Shown here one piece after another: positions 42,445 through 55,647 of a stretch of DNA of 64,000 bases. The number at the start of each line of letters is the position of its first letter. The first letter of the stretch is position 1. The stretch is from the NCBI GenBank assembly GCA_964016885.1, contig OZ024740.1, positions 120,404,001 through 120,468,000 of the forward strand, read 5' to 3'. This DNA is from Eledone cirrhosa. Lineage: Eukaryota. Made by a program: the position numbers and the translations under genes. The notes under the pieces are model-generated. The model worked only from the letters and a program-made list of their open reading frames with translations. It made no database searches and was not told the DNA's origin.

Positions 42445-43710
42445 ACAGAACTAAATGCAAAGAATAAGGTAATTGGTTTCAATACTCTAGAGGTTCCAGT
42501 AATCAGCTACAGTTATAATATTCCAAAATAGACACTAAATGATCTAGTAGGCATAGACAGGAAAACAAGAAAAATAACAACTGCATTTAGAATACACCAT
42601 ACAAAATCAGATATAGAGAGATTATACCTACTATGAACATAAGGAGAAAGGGACCTTATACAACAAGAAAACTATTGTAAGATAACTATTGTAAGACTAA
42701 AAAATATCTAATGAAAATCAAAGGAATGTTAACAGAAATAGCCATGAAATGTGAACAATAACAAAAATTGCTGTCTTCAATGTTGCGAACAAATTTGAAA
42801 CAGAACCTGACAAATGATGGTGAGGAAAATGAAAACAAAAGAACAACATGAATAGTGAAAAATAGAATCTAAATTGAAAACTGATCTCTAGAATGTCATG
42901 CTAAAATGATGGCAATAAAAATCCTTCCATGACCAATACCTGAAAAATCTGAGGAAGTAGACAATCTAAATTCACAAAACAAACTATGAAGCACTACAAT
43001 AAAAGCTGAGATGGAAGGATTTCTAATCGCACCACAATATCAAAGCCTCCCCATGAGAAACTACCAAAAGTATGTAAAGAACCAGAATACAGTAAATAGC
43101 TACAGAATCTGTAGAAGTGGGGAAGAAACAATTAACCACATTATTTGTGGCTACACAGTCTTAGGCAAAAAGGAAATATATCCACAGACATGATAGAATT
43201 CCAACTTACAAACACCTGAAATTATGCCAACACTACAAAATACCAACAGAAATAAGATGTTATAGAGACACCCCAGAAAAGGTGTTAGAGAATGACAAAG
43301 CAACCATACTCTGGGTTATGCCAATACACACAGACAAGGAGATTAAAGCCAACCAACTGGATATTATAGTCAAATGCCACAAAGAAAAATGTCTTCTAAT
43401 GAATGTATCAATCCTCAAAGACAATATATCGATCAAGGCAATGAAAAAACTATTCAAATATAAAGATCTAGATATAGAAATAACTTGAATATGGATGATT
43501 GATGATGGAAACAGAAAAAATTCCTATGATAAAAGTTGCTCTAGAAAATGCATACAGCATACAGAAATAACACTACAAGTCACTGCCAACACATTAAGAA
43601 GCGTACTCTCAATACACCAGAAACAATGCCAATAAAACCCACACTGCACATACTCAAGGTGCACAGAGCTGTGCTCAGTAATGCAGTTATTACATGCAAT
43701 AAAAATAAGG
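42445..43710 (+). mobile_element. Older, degenerate R4/Dong fragment
   Basis: ELNAKNKVIGFNTLEVPVISYSYN, EGFLIAPQYQSL, EETINHIICG, IKANQLDIIV, KYKDLDIEI; starts in an (ATAATG/TAA)-rich tract. Confidence 0.8.
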
Positions 43711-44752
43711 CTAATCATACTAAGTATAGCATGAATAGATTCTCAAATGGCATATGATATGGTGGCCAATTTGTGAACTCATGAATTTATGAAGTTGTTT
43801 AAGATTGTTGATAATTATCAACTAATTATAATCTAAGCAAATTAGCATAATCTAGTATAAAGGATTGAGAAACCAATTTGTATTCATATATTAGGTATCC
43901 AGGCAATGTGAACATCAATAAAAGGCATTTTTCAGAGTCAAGAATGAATGTCCTTTTAAACACAAAACTTATAGGATGTACTGCAGGTATTTTTTCATGG
44001 GACTGGTAATATCAAATTACAGATTAGACCTTTTGGTTTTATTCATACAACAAGAGATGGTTTATTTGAAAATGTTGATATTTATCTATAACCTTTCTAT
44101 CATACTTTTATGTTAGACCCTTTATTATGCTCTAATTACCAATTTGATGATTAATTTACTTATATTATTGAAACACTTCAAATTCAAAATTATTTACAGA
44201 ATGATTTTTTAAATTATATAGTGTCTTTAATGATAAATACAATAACAAAAGGGTTAGAATATTGTTTCAATACACAAAAAAGTCGAAAATTTTTGAACAG
44301 CAACAATCCATACAGCATGAAAATATGTGTATACAAATGTACATCATTTATATTTTTCCCTACATGGGACCAATTCAAATTAAGTTCAAAATTATTTATT
44401 ATTGATTAATAAAATATAAAACTGAAGTAATTCAATTCTTTTCAGCTTGAATCAAGTAGATGTTGCATGATATTATTTCAAATATATTGATAGAAATAAT
44501 TGATAGAACTAAGCCTAGGGGGTATGACATGTACCAAATAACCTCTGTACATAACATCAGGTGTTTACATTATTTTCGCAGAGTTGTGAGTGTTTGTTAC
44601 AGAAGGAAATTAGAGAAAGAATATACAAAGACTATTTCTGCAACGATTTAGATTTGTTCATTTTACTAAAAACCTAACAAAAGACTAAGAATCAGAGTTT
44701 CCTTATTGTTACACAGAGTGTATCTGGTTGACGTATTTTGAAAAATATTTAC

Positions 44753-44930
44753 CTAGTTGAAGACAGTTGGCTTTTGATTGATTTCTTTTAGGATGGGTGG
44801 ATGTTGTGGCTACTAAATTCAAATTATTTTGTTTCCAGTCATATATATTTTTTCTCAATTTAGTACCGGACAACCTCAAATATCTTACCCATTGATAATA
44901 TAGGATTATTAAGACAAACAATAACCACAT
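44753..44930 (-). CDS. Candidate first exon of a C-type-lectin-like (pseudo)gene with hydrophobic N-terminus
   Basis: MWLLFVLIILYYQW...LSGT..IYDW...HP...ANCLQL then G|gtaaat phase-1 donor, compatible with the acceptor at 33483. Confidence 0.4.
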
Positions 44931-44987
44931 GTGTATATAAAATCAGACATTAAGAAGGCCACAGACATTACAAAAAGTGTGCAAGTG

Positions 44988-45056
<69 letters not shown>

Positions 45057-45063
<7 letters not shown>

Positions 45064-45207
45064 TAACAGATTAAAGTTTAAGCAAAGAATCCTTTAATCT
45101 GTTATTTTGATAAATATTTGCTCTACGTTTCTTATATATTTGATATATATTAATCCTTATCGAGCCCTCTTTGGATTTTAGTCTAATAAATTTATTATTA
45201 TTACTAT
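45057..45207 (+). mobile_element. Mini-insert of the 14185-15425 PLE family terminus with a short 5' inversion
   Basis: 'aaaataacagattaaag...ctttaatctgttatttt' hairpin matches 10141-10172; distal part recurs at 24292-24345. Confidence 0.7.
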
Positions 45208-45225
45208 ATATATATATATATATAT

Positions 45226-48122
45226 TGTTATACTTGGGGAGGGTTATATTTGTGTAAAATTGCCTGAATTAATAACAGAACACACTCACTGTTTGGTTGG
45301 TTTTCGCTTCTCACTGTCTTTTATATCTGCGATCTAACTTACTCGGTCCTCAATGTTGCCATTGACTGACCGACGGTCAAAAATAATACAGATACAATAT
45401 AGACACAAACACATATATATATAGTTTACATAATTTACATAAATCTTTCGTTGCACATCTGCAACATCGTCAGTGGTTTTATATTTTCCTCCTGTTGTGT
45501 TGTATGTCTACGCCATTTTTTATTCAGTCTGTCTATATATTTATTTATTTATTTGCTTGTTTGTTTATTTTATTTTGTCTTCGTTGCGCATGCGTTTGCA
45601 TGTGTGTATAGTGTTATGTTTGCTGTGTGACTAGTGTGTATAGTGTTATGTTTGCTGGGTGACTAGTGTGTGTTTATGTGCTTGTTGTTATTGTGCTTGT
45701 GTATGTATTTATTTATCTTATTTTATTTGCTTATTTATACTTCTCTTAGGTCAGTGTTGTTTGTTTAGGTGTTGTTGTTATTCCACTCATTCTTTCTGTT
45801 TAGCTTTGGTCTTCTAATTTCTATTTCACTGGCCTCTCTGATTTGCCTATCTGCTGGGTCATTTCTATGTTTAGATATTATTCTAATTTCTATGTTGTCT
45901 ATGTTACCGTCATGTTGTTGTCTAGCATGTTCGTATAGTACTGACCCGTTTTTTCGTCCTTTTAGTTCCCCCAGTGTTGGTCTATCCTTTCACCTATGCT
46001 ACGAGCTGTCTCACCTATGTATGTTGTTGTCATGTTTCTGCAAGTACCCTCTGTACATCTTATGCTATAGACTACGTTTCTAGTTTTACAGTTTATCCGG
46101 GGGTTCACCTTACATATGATACATTTCCTATTGGTACAGTGGGTTTTCTTAAAAGGGTAGGTTTTGCTGATCAGGGATTTTATGGTGGTTCCTGGCTTTT
46201 CTACCACCTTTATTTTTAAGTGGGTCTTTCTCAGGGCCTTTCTACACTGGTTAGCTAATTTCCCTCCAGGGGTGGCATCCACAAATATGACACTCTGGTA
46301 TCTCTGGTTGTTGTACCATGATGTGGCTTTCCCTATCTCATGTCTAGCCCTATCTAAGCTATTCCATGATTTGCTCCTGTATAATGGGCAAATTCCTTTC
46401 ATGTCCAGTTCTATGAGGGTCTTATACTTTTCCATGGCTCCTTCGTATACTCTGACTCTGTCTCTTTGGTTGTAGCCAGAGAACTGCATGCGGTTGATGA
46501 AGTGTTGGATGTGTCTTACCATTTCTGTTGGGTCGCACATGCTGGACACATTCTTCATCACTCGTACCAAATCTGCGATCAGAATATTAAACTTAGCACT
46601 ACTGGACATTGCTGAGTTTTTGAGTATCAGGTATTTGGAGGCCTTGGGTTTAGCATAGTGTGAGTGGAGAATTTGGGCTCTCTCGTCTATAGTGTTAATC
46701 AAGAGTTCTGTGTCTAATACAGGTAGTCTATTGTTAGGGTGTTTGGAAGGGAAGTCGATAGTTACAGTTATACTCTGGTGTATGGAATTAGCTATCTGCT
46801 GGATGCTTTCCATCGTGCTACGTTCTAAATCAAACTTGTTAGTGCTCTCTAGTGGGGGTGTTCTTATAACTATATTGATATCGTCTACATAACGAGAGTA
46901 CATGATGAGGTCTATGGAGCTTTAATTAAGGAGATCTTTAACTCTCCTTTCCCACCATACCATGAAAAGGTTGGCAACATCACCAGCTATGCTGACGCCG
47001 ATGGCTGCTCCCTCATTTTGGGTGTAGATTTTCTCATTGAACTTAAATATGTGGCCCTTTAGGGTAGTTTTGATACTAACCCCTATTGCATGTGCGACCA
47101 TTTTTCTTACCTGATCATTGTTTTGGGGGGTCCGTATAGCTTTGGTCCACCCAATTCACCTTCCCATGGGAGTCTTTTTTGCCATTGAGGTTATGGTGGG
47201 GGGTCTACCTCTTATAGGTCTACTAGGGCAGAAACATCTAAGGTCATGGCTCTCTAGGTAGTCAGTGTCGTAGGTAAGTCTAAGTAGGAGGCCCAGTTCG
47301 TCTGTGTCGACGTCGCAGAACTCCACCTCACTCTCAATGATCATCTCCACACATCTTTTCACAGCAAAATCAATGTTAATGGATGGGTACAGTGACACCA
47401 CATCCATGCTGCCTATTATGCAGTTGGATAGGGTCCTGTTTTTTTTGCACTCACTGATTCTGCTGAGGAGGTCCTCTGTACTGTCACATACATCTGGGGA
47501 CATCTTGATTATGGGGCATATAACCATTGAGAGGAAGTAGGAGATCCTGTAGTTGCTAGCTATATTAGCTCCGCATACGGGTCTTGTTGGTGGTCCTGTT
47601 GTCGGGTCGTCGACTGTCTTGTGGTCATTGCGGAGCCCATACAAGGGTGGTATGTCATTGTTAGACGCCTGGAAGTTGTTGGCAGTGCGTCTGCTTGGCT
47701 TTAGGATGTCAGTCCACATCATCATGTGAGCGTTGAGGATTTTTTCTCTCCCATCGTGTGTTTGTTGTGCAACTTCGCTCGTGTTGGTGATGTGGGTGTT
47801 GCATAGCCTCGATGTAGTTCGACATGCTATCTATTGACATCCTACCAGACTTATCTGTGGGTAGACACACTACCTCACCATCCCTTGTGCGCTGCTTGAG
47901 GCTAACCAAGCCTTCTACAGGTTTCCTCCCAAGTTGTTGGGCCTCTGGTCTGCTCTGTCTCTTAGTATATCTGTCTACTATTTGTCTAATCTTATTTCTA
48001 GCTATGATGAACTGTGCCTCTGTCTCGTCATCTATTTGTTGTAGTATGCAAACTCTTTTATTAAAGGGTAACCTCGTAGGATAGATATTACCCATCTTAT
48101 ATGTTTTGTCAGCTGGGTTGAA
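45226..48122 (-). mobile_element. Penelope-like element, RT + Cys linker + GIY-YIG, disrupted, flanked by (TA)n
   Basis: LPTDKSG, PPLYGL, TRPVC, GSMDVVSLYPSI, RYVDD, LPVLD, CTNRKCIIC, NVVYSIRC..YIGETARSIGER. Confidence 0.93.
45440..45480 (-). ncRNA. Hammerhead core in PLE 3' UTR (stems I and III unresolved)
   Basis: Minus strand: CTGACGA t gttgca gatg tgcaac GAAA. Confidence 0.55.
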
Positions 48123-49045
48123 ATATATATATATATACATATATTCTTTTTATTCTTTTGCTTGTTTCAGTCAGTTAACATCTTGATGATCATATCAATC
48201 CCAGAAATCCAATGCTTATTTTAGTAATCGCATATTGTCAAACGATGAAGTTACAGGACTTAAACACAAACACAAAAACATAAACACAGACACACTAATA
48301 CACACTCATATATATTACATATACAATGAGCTTCAGAAGTTTCCTCTCCCAAATTCCACTCACATGGCTTTCGTCAGACTGAGGCTTTAATAGAGAACAC
48401 TTGCTGAAGGTGCTGTGTAGCATGATCAGATTTAGAACCAACTAATTGTGAAGCAAACTCCCTAATGCTTCTGCCATATATGGTATATATAATAATTGAT
48501 TTTACATAAGTTTTTCCACAAGTTAAATGAGTCTTCTAAAATACAGCATCTTTCCACTTGTTTCTTTCTTTTAAAAAGTGTGTGTGTTTGTATACACACA
48601 CACACAGGTCTGCCCCGGAAACGTAACATTTTACTCAATTTTGCTGTCTGATGAAATCAAGAAAATGGTTAGATAATCAAATGGCCATGAACATTATTCA
48701 AATATGTATCACAGCCTTACAACTTGGCATTTTCCTCATATTCTCTCTCTGTATATATATATAGCAATATATATATAAACGGAAAAAATGAAACGAAATT
48801 TCATTTCTCACTCTTAGTACGGCTGTTACTTAAATATAAGTATGTACATATACATACATATACGTATACAGACGTACAGTAGTATGTATATATATATATA
48901 CATACATGCACACATATATACATGTACGTATGGATTCACCAAACATTTATTATAATGCTCGGTGTGTTTGTAAACAAACATCCCAAATTAAGCCGTACAG
49001 TGTCTAGCAACCATCGTTGCTCATTTGTTCAACACTGACAAAGGA

Positions 49046-49088
49046 ATGCTGTACTAGTTTCAAGCTTATTAGCTATCGTCAGCAACGT
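49046..49088 (-). ncRNA. Minimal type-I hammerhead ribozyme
   Basis: Minus strand: acgttg CTGACGA t agct aata agct t GAAA ctag TA cagcat. Confidence 0.85.
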
Positions 49089-49388
49089 ATACCTTCCTGC
49101 CAGATGATGAATCCATACGTACATGTATATATGTGTGCATGTATGTATATATATATATACATACTACTGTACGTCTGTATACATATATGTATGTACGTGT
49201 ACATACTTATATTTAAGTAACAGCCGTACTAAGAGTGGGAAATGAAGTTTCGTTTCATTTTTTCCATTTATCGATTTCGGTACCACTGCCGATTAACTCA
49301 CACGATATGCAAATTAGGCTGCTCAGCCGTTAATATGCATAAGAAAAGTATATACTTTCAGACGTTCAATCATCTGGCAGGAAGGTAT

Positions 49389-49431
49389 ACGTTGCTGACG
49401 ATAGCTAATAAGCTTGAAACTCGTACAGCGT
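49389..49431 (+). ncRNA. Minimal type-I hammerhead ribozyme
   Basis: acgttg CTGACGA t agct aata agct t GAAA ctcg TA cagcgt. Confidence 0.85.
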
Positions 49432-49865
49432 TCCTTTGTCAGTGTTGAACAAATGAGCAACAATGGTTGCTAGACACTGTACGGCTTAATTCAGGATGTT
49501 TGTTTACAAACACACCGAACATTACAATAAATGTTTGGTGAATCCATACGTACATGTATATATGTGTGCATGTATGTATATATATATACATACTACTGTA
49601 TGCCTGTATACATATGTATGTACGTGTACATACTAATATATATATATATATTGCTAGCGTGGAAGATAGACATTAAATGATGATGATGATGATGATATAT
49701 ATATATATATATACATATGTGTAATGAACTCAGAATCAACAGTCATCCATCCCAACTATGGGTTAAATAGACCCACCAACCCACAATTGGCCAAGCATGG
49801 TAAGGAAGGGCTCCTCCAGCAAGAGTGAGAAGGTTTGGGATTAGATTGGATGGATATATATATAT

Positions 49866-50822
49866 ACTAGACATGAAAAATGCGCAAGCTCAAAAGTGCC
49901 ACAGAATGTTATAATAAACCTTCAAAAGTGTGGGACTAGAGTTGTTGCTAAAAAATATTGTAATCATTATATATCGTACATTCTGTGGCATCCTTTATAA
50001 AAATAGCTTAAACCAACGAAGCCTTTATTTTTACGCTATTTCACTTAGTTAATTCTTAGAGTGTAACATATAAAAATATGATTTACAACTATAAAATAAA
50101 TTAATTAATATAATAACAGAGCTGCGGAGCTGAAATTTAGGAAATAATGGAGTATCGGATCCTGAGTTGGAGCCAGTCAATTTTTGGCCGACTCCGCAGC
50201 CCTGTATAATACATTTCATATTAAAGTTATTAATAAACCTATTTTACACTTCATGCAAATTACCACGAGATATTGATATTAGATATAAGATACAGCGCAA
50301 TATCTACAGCTGTAAAAGTACGAAAGCGAAGTAATAATAAGTGGCTTAAGGTAATTCCAATATGAAAGTTTGTAGTGATAAAAATTTGATAATGCAATAC
50401 GATTGTTAATATTATAGTTCTATGAAAATGTAACAATAGATAACTAAATTATTTTACTATTAGTATATTTAAGAAATTATCATTATAGATTTGATCGTTC
50501 ATATAAGCATCATATTAAGTTTCAACACAATTATTTTGTTACTATGAGTATATGATAATAATATTACGTAATTATTTATAGCTGTTATTACATTAAACAT
50601 AGATGTATTTATTTTTATATGTTACACTCTAAGAATTAACTAAGTGAAATAGCGTAAAAATAAAGGCTTCGTTGGTTTAAGCTATTTTTATAAAGGATGC
50701 CACAGAATGTACGATATATAATGATTACAATATTTTTTAGCAACAACTCTAGTCCCACACTTTTGAAGGTTTATTATAACATTCTGTGGCACTTTTGAGC
50801 TTGCGCATTTTTCATGTCTAGT
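49866..50822. repeat. ~213-bp apparently perfect inverted repeat (49866-50078 / 50610-50822)
   Basis: Direct comparison of the arms; left arm abuts (TA)n. Confidence 0.9.
50117..50204. mobile_element. 88-bp hAT-like MITE
   Basis: TIRs cagagctgcggag/ctccgcagccctg; 8-bp TSD tataataa/tataatac. Confidence 0.7.
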
Positions 50823-51379
50823 TTAATATTTTTTTAAGGCAACGCTTGTAATAACTCTAGTTAAACAGGATATATATTAATAATAAATTATCGTTGTAAT
50901 GTAATTAGATTATGTAATTGTTATTATAAATTATCTTATAAATATTAGTGTAAGATGTATAAAAATATTTTCAGACTTTTAATATAAACAACTACAAAAA
51001 ACAATCAATATTAAATCAATATATTATACATAATAGAAAACATAAAATATACAATACAAAAACAAAATATTTACATACAATTGCAATTATCAGTGTATAT
51101 ACATTTTCTTTATATTCCCTGAGCAAATTAATAAGATTTGTTTTTATTGTACATAATTTGATGACTTGTTGGAGTGTATTAAAAGATAGCAACAATTTGT
51201 GATTAAATTGTTATCTTAAGCAACTCACTTTTTAATAGTTGTTGGCTGAGCGAAATTGTAAAAGCCTATGAGCAAATATAAAAAAAAATACACAAACAAC
51301 ATTTCCTTGTGTTATTACAACATTAGATAAAATAATTGAGCAATGTCGTTATATTTTGCTCTTATTGCACATTAATAGT

Positions 51380-51545
51380 GTTTCTATTTTTCGGCACAAA
51401 TCCATTACGGCAGTCCATTACTGGTACTTTATTTTATCGAATTAGTAAGTATGAAAGTCGAAGTTAACCTCGGCAGGATTTGAACTTAGAATGCAAAGGA
51501 CCATAACAATACTGCAAAGCATGGTGTCTGACGCTCTACCAATAC
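51380..51545 (-). mobile_element. Family A SINE (diverged)
   Basis: 'ctggtactttattttatcga...aacctcggcaggatttgaact...gacgctctacc'. Confidence 0.7.
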
Positions 51546-53315
51546 TTGTGTTGAGCTGGTCATTAATTTATGGTGGTCGTGCGTGGAGTAGAGCAATCGC
51601 TAGTTGAAATATTATGAACAAAACATTTTTATTTGCCGAAGAACATATTTTCAATACTGTTTGTGAATGTGACGAAGGAAATACATTCTGATATGGAACA
51701 GTGTACAAAGTGTGTCTGTGAATAACATAATGTTACCTCATGTTGTTGTCAAGACATAATGGATTTCGTATATCCAGTTAGAAGATGAAACCTAGCCATC
51801 TCGGATTAGTTATATTTCATGCCATGTGTAAACGTGTTTGAGGATAGCAAAATATGCGCGTTAATTATAATAATTAGTTAATAATATTACAAAATATACC
51901 TAATTAAACTCTTTGCTTGAAATTTTATCATTCTTCGTTTATATATATATATATAGAGAGAGAGAGAGGGAGAGAGAGATTTATCTAGTCCTTCGCTCAA
52001 GATTAATCTATAAGTTTAGATGTTTGCCTTCGTTTAAGTAAATATTACAGTAAGATTTTTAATATAAACAACTACAAAACACAATTAATATTAAAACGAA
52101 AAAATTATCAATGATAAAAGAAGCGGATGCAACTTTTTTTTTTATAAAGTTATATTCCTGTTTCTTTAAAGAATATTTCATTTTTGTTCTATTGTAGGCG
52201 AAATAATGCAATGGTTTAATAGGGAAGATATAACTTACGAATTATGTCTCTAACCGTGTAACGCTTTTTAAGTAGATAACTACAATTGAAAATACTAAAG
52301 AAATGGAACCAACAATTCAATTTGAAAGTCGTCTAGTGACAGTGTATTACTGGTACTTTATTTTATCGACCCCGTAACGATGAAAGGCAAAAATGCAAAT
52401 GCTTAAAATTTAAATTGCCTTAATTCTATCGTCTGCTGTTTCATTAAAGGGAGATTATCGTCTGTATTTAATTCTATCGTCTACTGTTCCACTAAACAGA
52501 TATACCTCCACTATCGTCTCTATTTATACATTTTAACTTATAACTTATACACATTTGATTTGAAATATTGTATTATATATAATGTGTGTATATACAGGAT
52601 GTCCCCCAAAAACATATGCACACTTCAACAGCATTCTAATAACTATTGCCTGTACAGGTAATCAAAGTGTCAATCGAATGTTAGTTTCGTGTTTTAACAG
52701 TACACATTTACAATACACACATAAAACCAGTGTATATACATACATGAGTGTGTATACACATACATGAATGTGTATATACAATATATATGTATATATATAT
52801 ATAGACACATATATTCACGGTGCAACGGTACATTAAAATATAGATGCGGGAGAGGGGGGGTGTATATATAGGGGCGCTGGGGATAAAGGAGTGTAAAGCG
52901 TGTGTAATTGATATATTGAAGGAGAGGAGCGTGCAGCGATAGAGTAACAAATATATAGAGAGGGGGAGAGATGGTATTGAAGGGGAGGAGTGCAAAGCGA
53001 AAGAGTAAGAGATATATATAGAGACGGAACAGATAGAGAGAAACAGGCGTAAGTAACAGTGGAAGAGATATAGAGAGAGATACTCTGATTGGTTGAAAAT
53101 TAGCCAATGACATACGATCACCACCACCACGGCTATCCCCGAAAAATGTTTAAAGAAGCTAGGCATATATGTTAGAACACGAAAAGTGAACATTCTGTTG
53201 TTTCACACTTTTCGTGTTCTAACAGATATATGTAAAAGGTAAACAGAAATAACAACACAATCGGTACAGTATATGGAAGGAATATATTAGGTTAACGCTT
53301 GAAATAGCAGGAAGA

Positions 53316-53356
53316 GGGTTTTAACATTTCGGACGTTAGTCCTTTATCAGAAGAAA
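53316..53356 (-). ncRNA. Degenerate PLE-type minimal hammerhead
   Basis: Minus strand: tt CTGATAA a ggac taac gtcc GAAA tg TT aa; core G8>A. Confidence 0.55.
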
Positions 53357-53555
53357 GAATAAGAACAAGATAGATTGAAGGGATGGGTGGGATGGAATTG
53401 GAAAAAATATCTTTAGAGAAAAATAACACGTTCATTCATGTTGACGTTGGATTTTCAAATTGGATTTTCACCCCGAAACTGGATACCAACTCGAAGTATA
53501 CCTGAACTTCCACCAGGAAATCTTTCGTATAACTGAAATCTTCTTTGCTTCTTAT

Positions 53556-54363
53556 ATCATCATCATCATTTTACATCCACTTTTACCTGCTTGCGAGGGT
53601 GGAACGGGTCCTATTCAGCACAGCATCTCTCCATTTGTCACGGTCCTTTGTCATCTCCACTGTGAACTTCAGTGATCTGATGTCTGCTCTCACCACCTCC
53701 GCCCACGTTTTTCGTGGTCTTCCTCTACTGCGTCTTCCTTCAACAGGCATTTCTTGGGACTTCTTCACCCAGCGGTCATCCTCCATGCGCATCACATGTC
53801 CATACCATCGCAGTCTCCTCTCCCGCACACAACAATTTATCCCTCTCAGACACAGTTTCTCTCTCAACACATCCATGATCGCCCTTTCACGCACATTGAC
53901 ATTGCACATCCAACGGAGCATGCTTGCCTCATTTCTCTCCAGCCATCACATATCCTCTGCAGTTGCTGCCCATATCTCACTACCATGCAGCATGCATGCC
54001 TCGCTATCATGCACCTCACACAGGCATCATATAACTGGCCATTCCTACGCAGGGAGAAACACTTCTTTGGCAGCAGAAGAAGCAGCTCCTTAAACTTCTT
54101 CCAACCTGTCCTTATTCTAGATACTATGGCCTCGGAATACCTCCCTCCCATGATAATCTGATCACCTAGTTTCTGGAAGCTATCAACCACTTCTATAGCA
54201 CCCACCTGCATTTGACCCTTTCTCTAATTAGTTACGCTAATATCCTTTCTGCCACTTTCATGACCTGATCCATCAGTTTTATGCCCCTATAATTGCTCCT
54301 CTCCAGGGCATCCCCTTTACCTTTGTAGCAATTTATGAGAATAGTGCTGTACCAATCTTTGGG

Positions 54364-54365
<2 letters not shown>
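53556..54365 (-). mobile_element. RTE LINE, internally deleted, intact 3' end
   Basis: MLRWMC..RRLRWYGHVMR..RGRPRKTW; upstream piece INCYKGKGDALERSNYRGIKL joined across a deletion; (GAT)n tail. Confidence 0.88.
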
Positions 54366-54395
<30 letters not shown>

Positions 54396-54748
54396 CAAAT
54401 GCTTAAGAGTCAAATATAATTTGGATAAATACAAAATGGAAGGTACTAAATATAACTCAAAAGGGCAATGCCACAAATATGGATAATCCTGGTAGGTGGT
54501 GATTTAATGATTTATTTATGAAAAATTCTAACCAAATTGAAATTTGCAACGTACTTGAAGAAACAATCTTGCTGTTATTGATAGGCTCTCACAAAGAATA
54601 AGAGGCATGATTTTGAGAAATTAATAATTTCCCAAACAATGAAATTTTTTCCCCATGCATAAGAGAACATATTTAATCTTTTTTAAAACGACAATTGCTG
54701 AGCACATCAGTGATTACATCATTTCCCAGAATTATCTACATTTATGGC

Positions 54749-54928
54749 GGTGGATTGGCAGTATCGGTAGAGAGTCGGACGCTATGCTTTCCAGCATGGC
54801 TACGTCCCTTTACGGTCTGAGTTCAAAACCCGCCGAGGTTTACTTTGCCTTTCATCCTTACGGGGTCGATAAAATAAAGTACCAGTAATGCACTGGGTAT
54901 TTGCTGGCCTTGTGCCTAATGTAGAAAC
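54749..54928 (+). mobile_element. Young family A SINE with 19-bp TSD
   Basis: aattatctacatttatggc at 54730-54748 and 54929-54947. Confidence 0.9.
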
Positions 54929-54954
54929 AATTATCTACATTTATGGCACAGGTT

Positions 54955-55377
54955 TGTAGCGCTCTCTAGACAAGGGAAGTAGCTAGAGTTACTTCCCGTC
55001 GAAATTCTAGAACCTTCTTGTAACTTCCGGTAAAAAGGATATAAATAGTGTCAACCAAAATCAATTACCCTCTTTTCACCTTTTGGCTGCCTGGCCTTTG
55101 GTCAGGCGCGTTTACGCCGAAGGTATACTCTCTTTGGCGCTTTCCTTCAAACCGACAACACGGAAGATGAACATGTTAATCACGGGCTTGGACTATACCT
55201 AAATATGTGCGAGGGTATTTGTGTACCACAATGATAACGGAGTTACAATAAAATGAAGACTTGTATTCGATATGGTGTTTTGTAAATATATCTTATCCTT
55301 TTCTGTATAAGACTTAGTAGTTAGATTCCGGTGATATTTACTCAAGTAAATAATCCTGGGTCTGACAGAACTACTAA
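54955..55377 (+). mobile_element. Candidate solo LTR
   Basis: Starts TGTAG; TATAAATA ~55040; AATAAA ~55247; 5-bp flank repeat aggtt (54950-54954 / 55378-55382); 3' CA not conserved. Confidence 0.5.
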
Positions 55378-55647
55378 AGGTTCACCACATTTGCTTATCT
55401 TAGTTTATATGTTGTAATTAGCTAAATTATACTGATTTAAATTCATCACGATTCTTATACTAGTTATAAAAAGCCTTGTCAACTGATTAAAGCAGAATTG
55501 AGAAGTGTATGCTTCATAGTTAATAGGTGATACAACCAAAACATGTCTCTAGCTGTGACCTTTCACATCCACCAAAAATTTCCTATGAAATTAATTGTGT
55601 TTTGAAATTATCTTTCCTATATTTCAAGAGTTGTTAGTAATTTCCAC

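Larger units (their letters stand above)
48777..49636 (+). mobile_element. Second copy of the ~425-nt HHR element: inverted segment 48777-49109 plus ~1.2 forward units
   Basis: Homologous to 18106-18824; sequence from 49108 recurs at 49539 (period ~431). Confidence 0.85.

Noticed and set aside
45769-47540. Plus-strand ORFs opposite the PLE RT (also those opposite the RTE and R4 ORFs)
   Set aside because: Antisense shadows of retroelement coding sequence
48640-48670. CTGATGA aatcaa GAAA
   Set aside because: No stem II or stem I pairing; lies in a probable Tc1/mariner-like end
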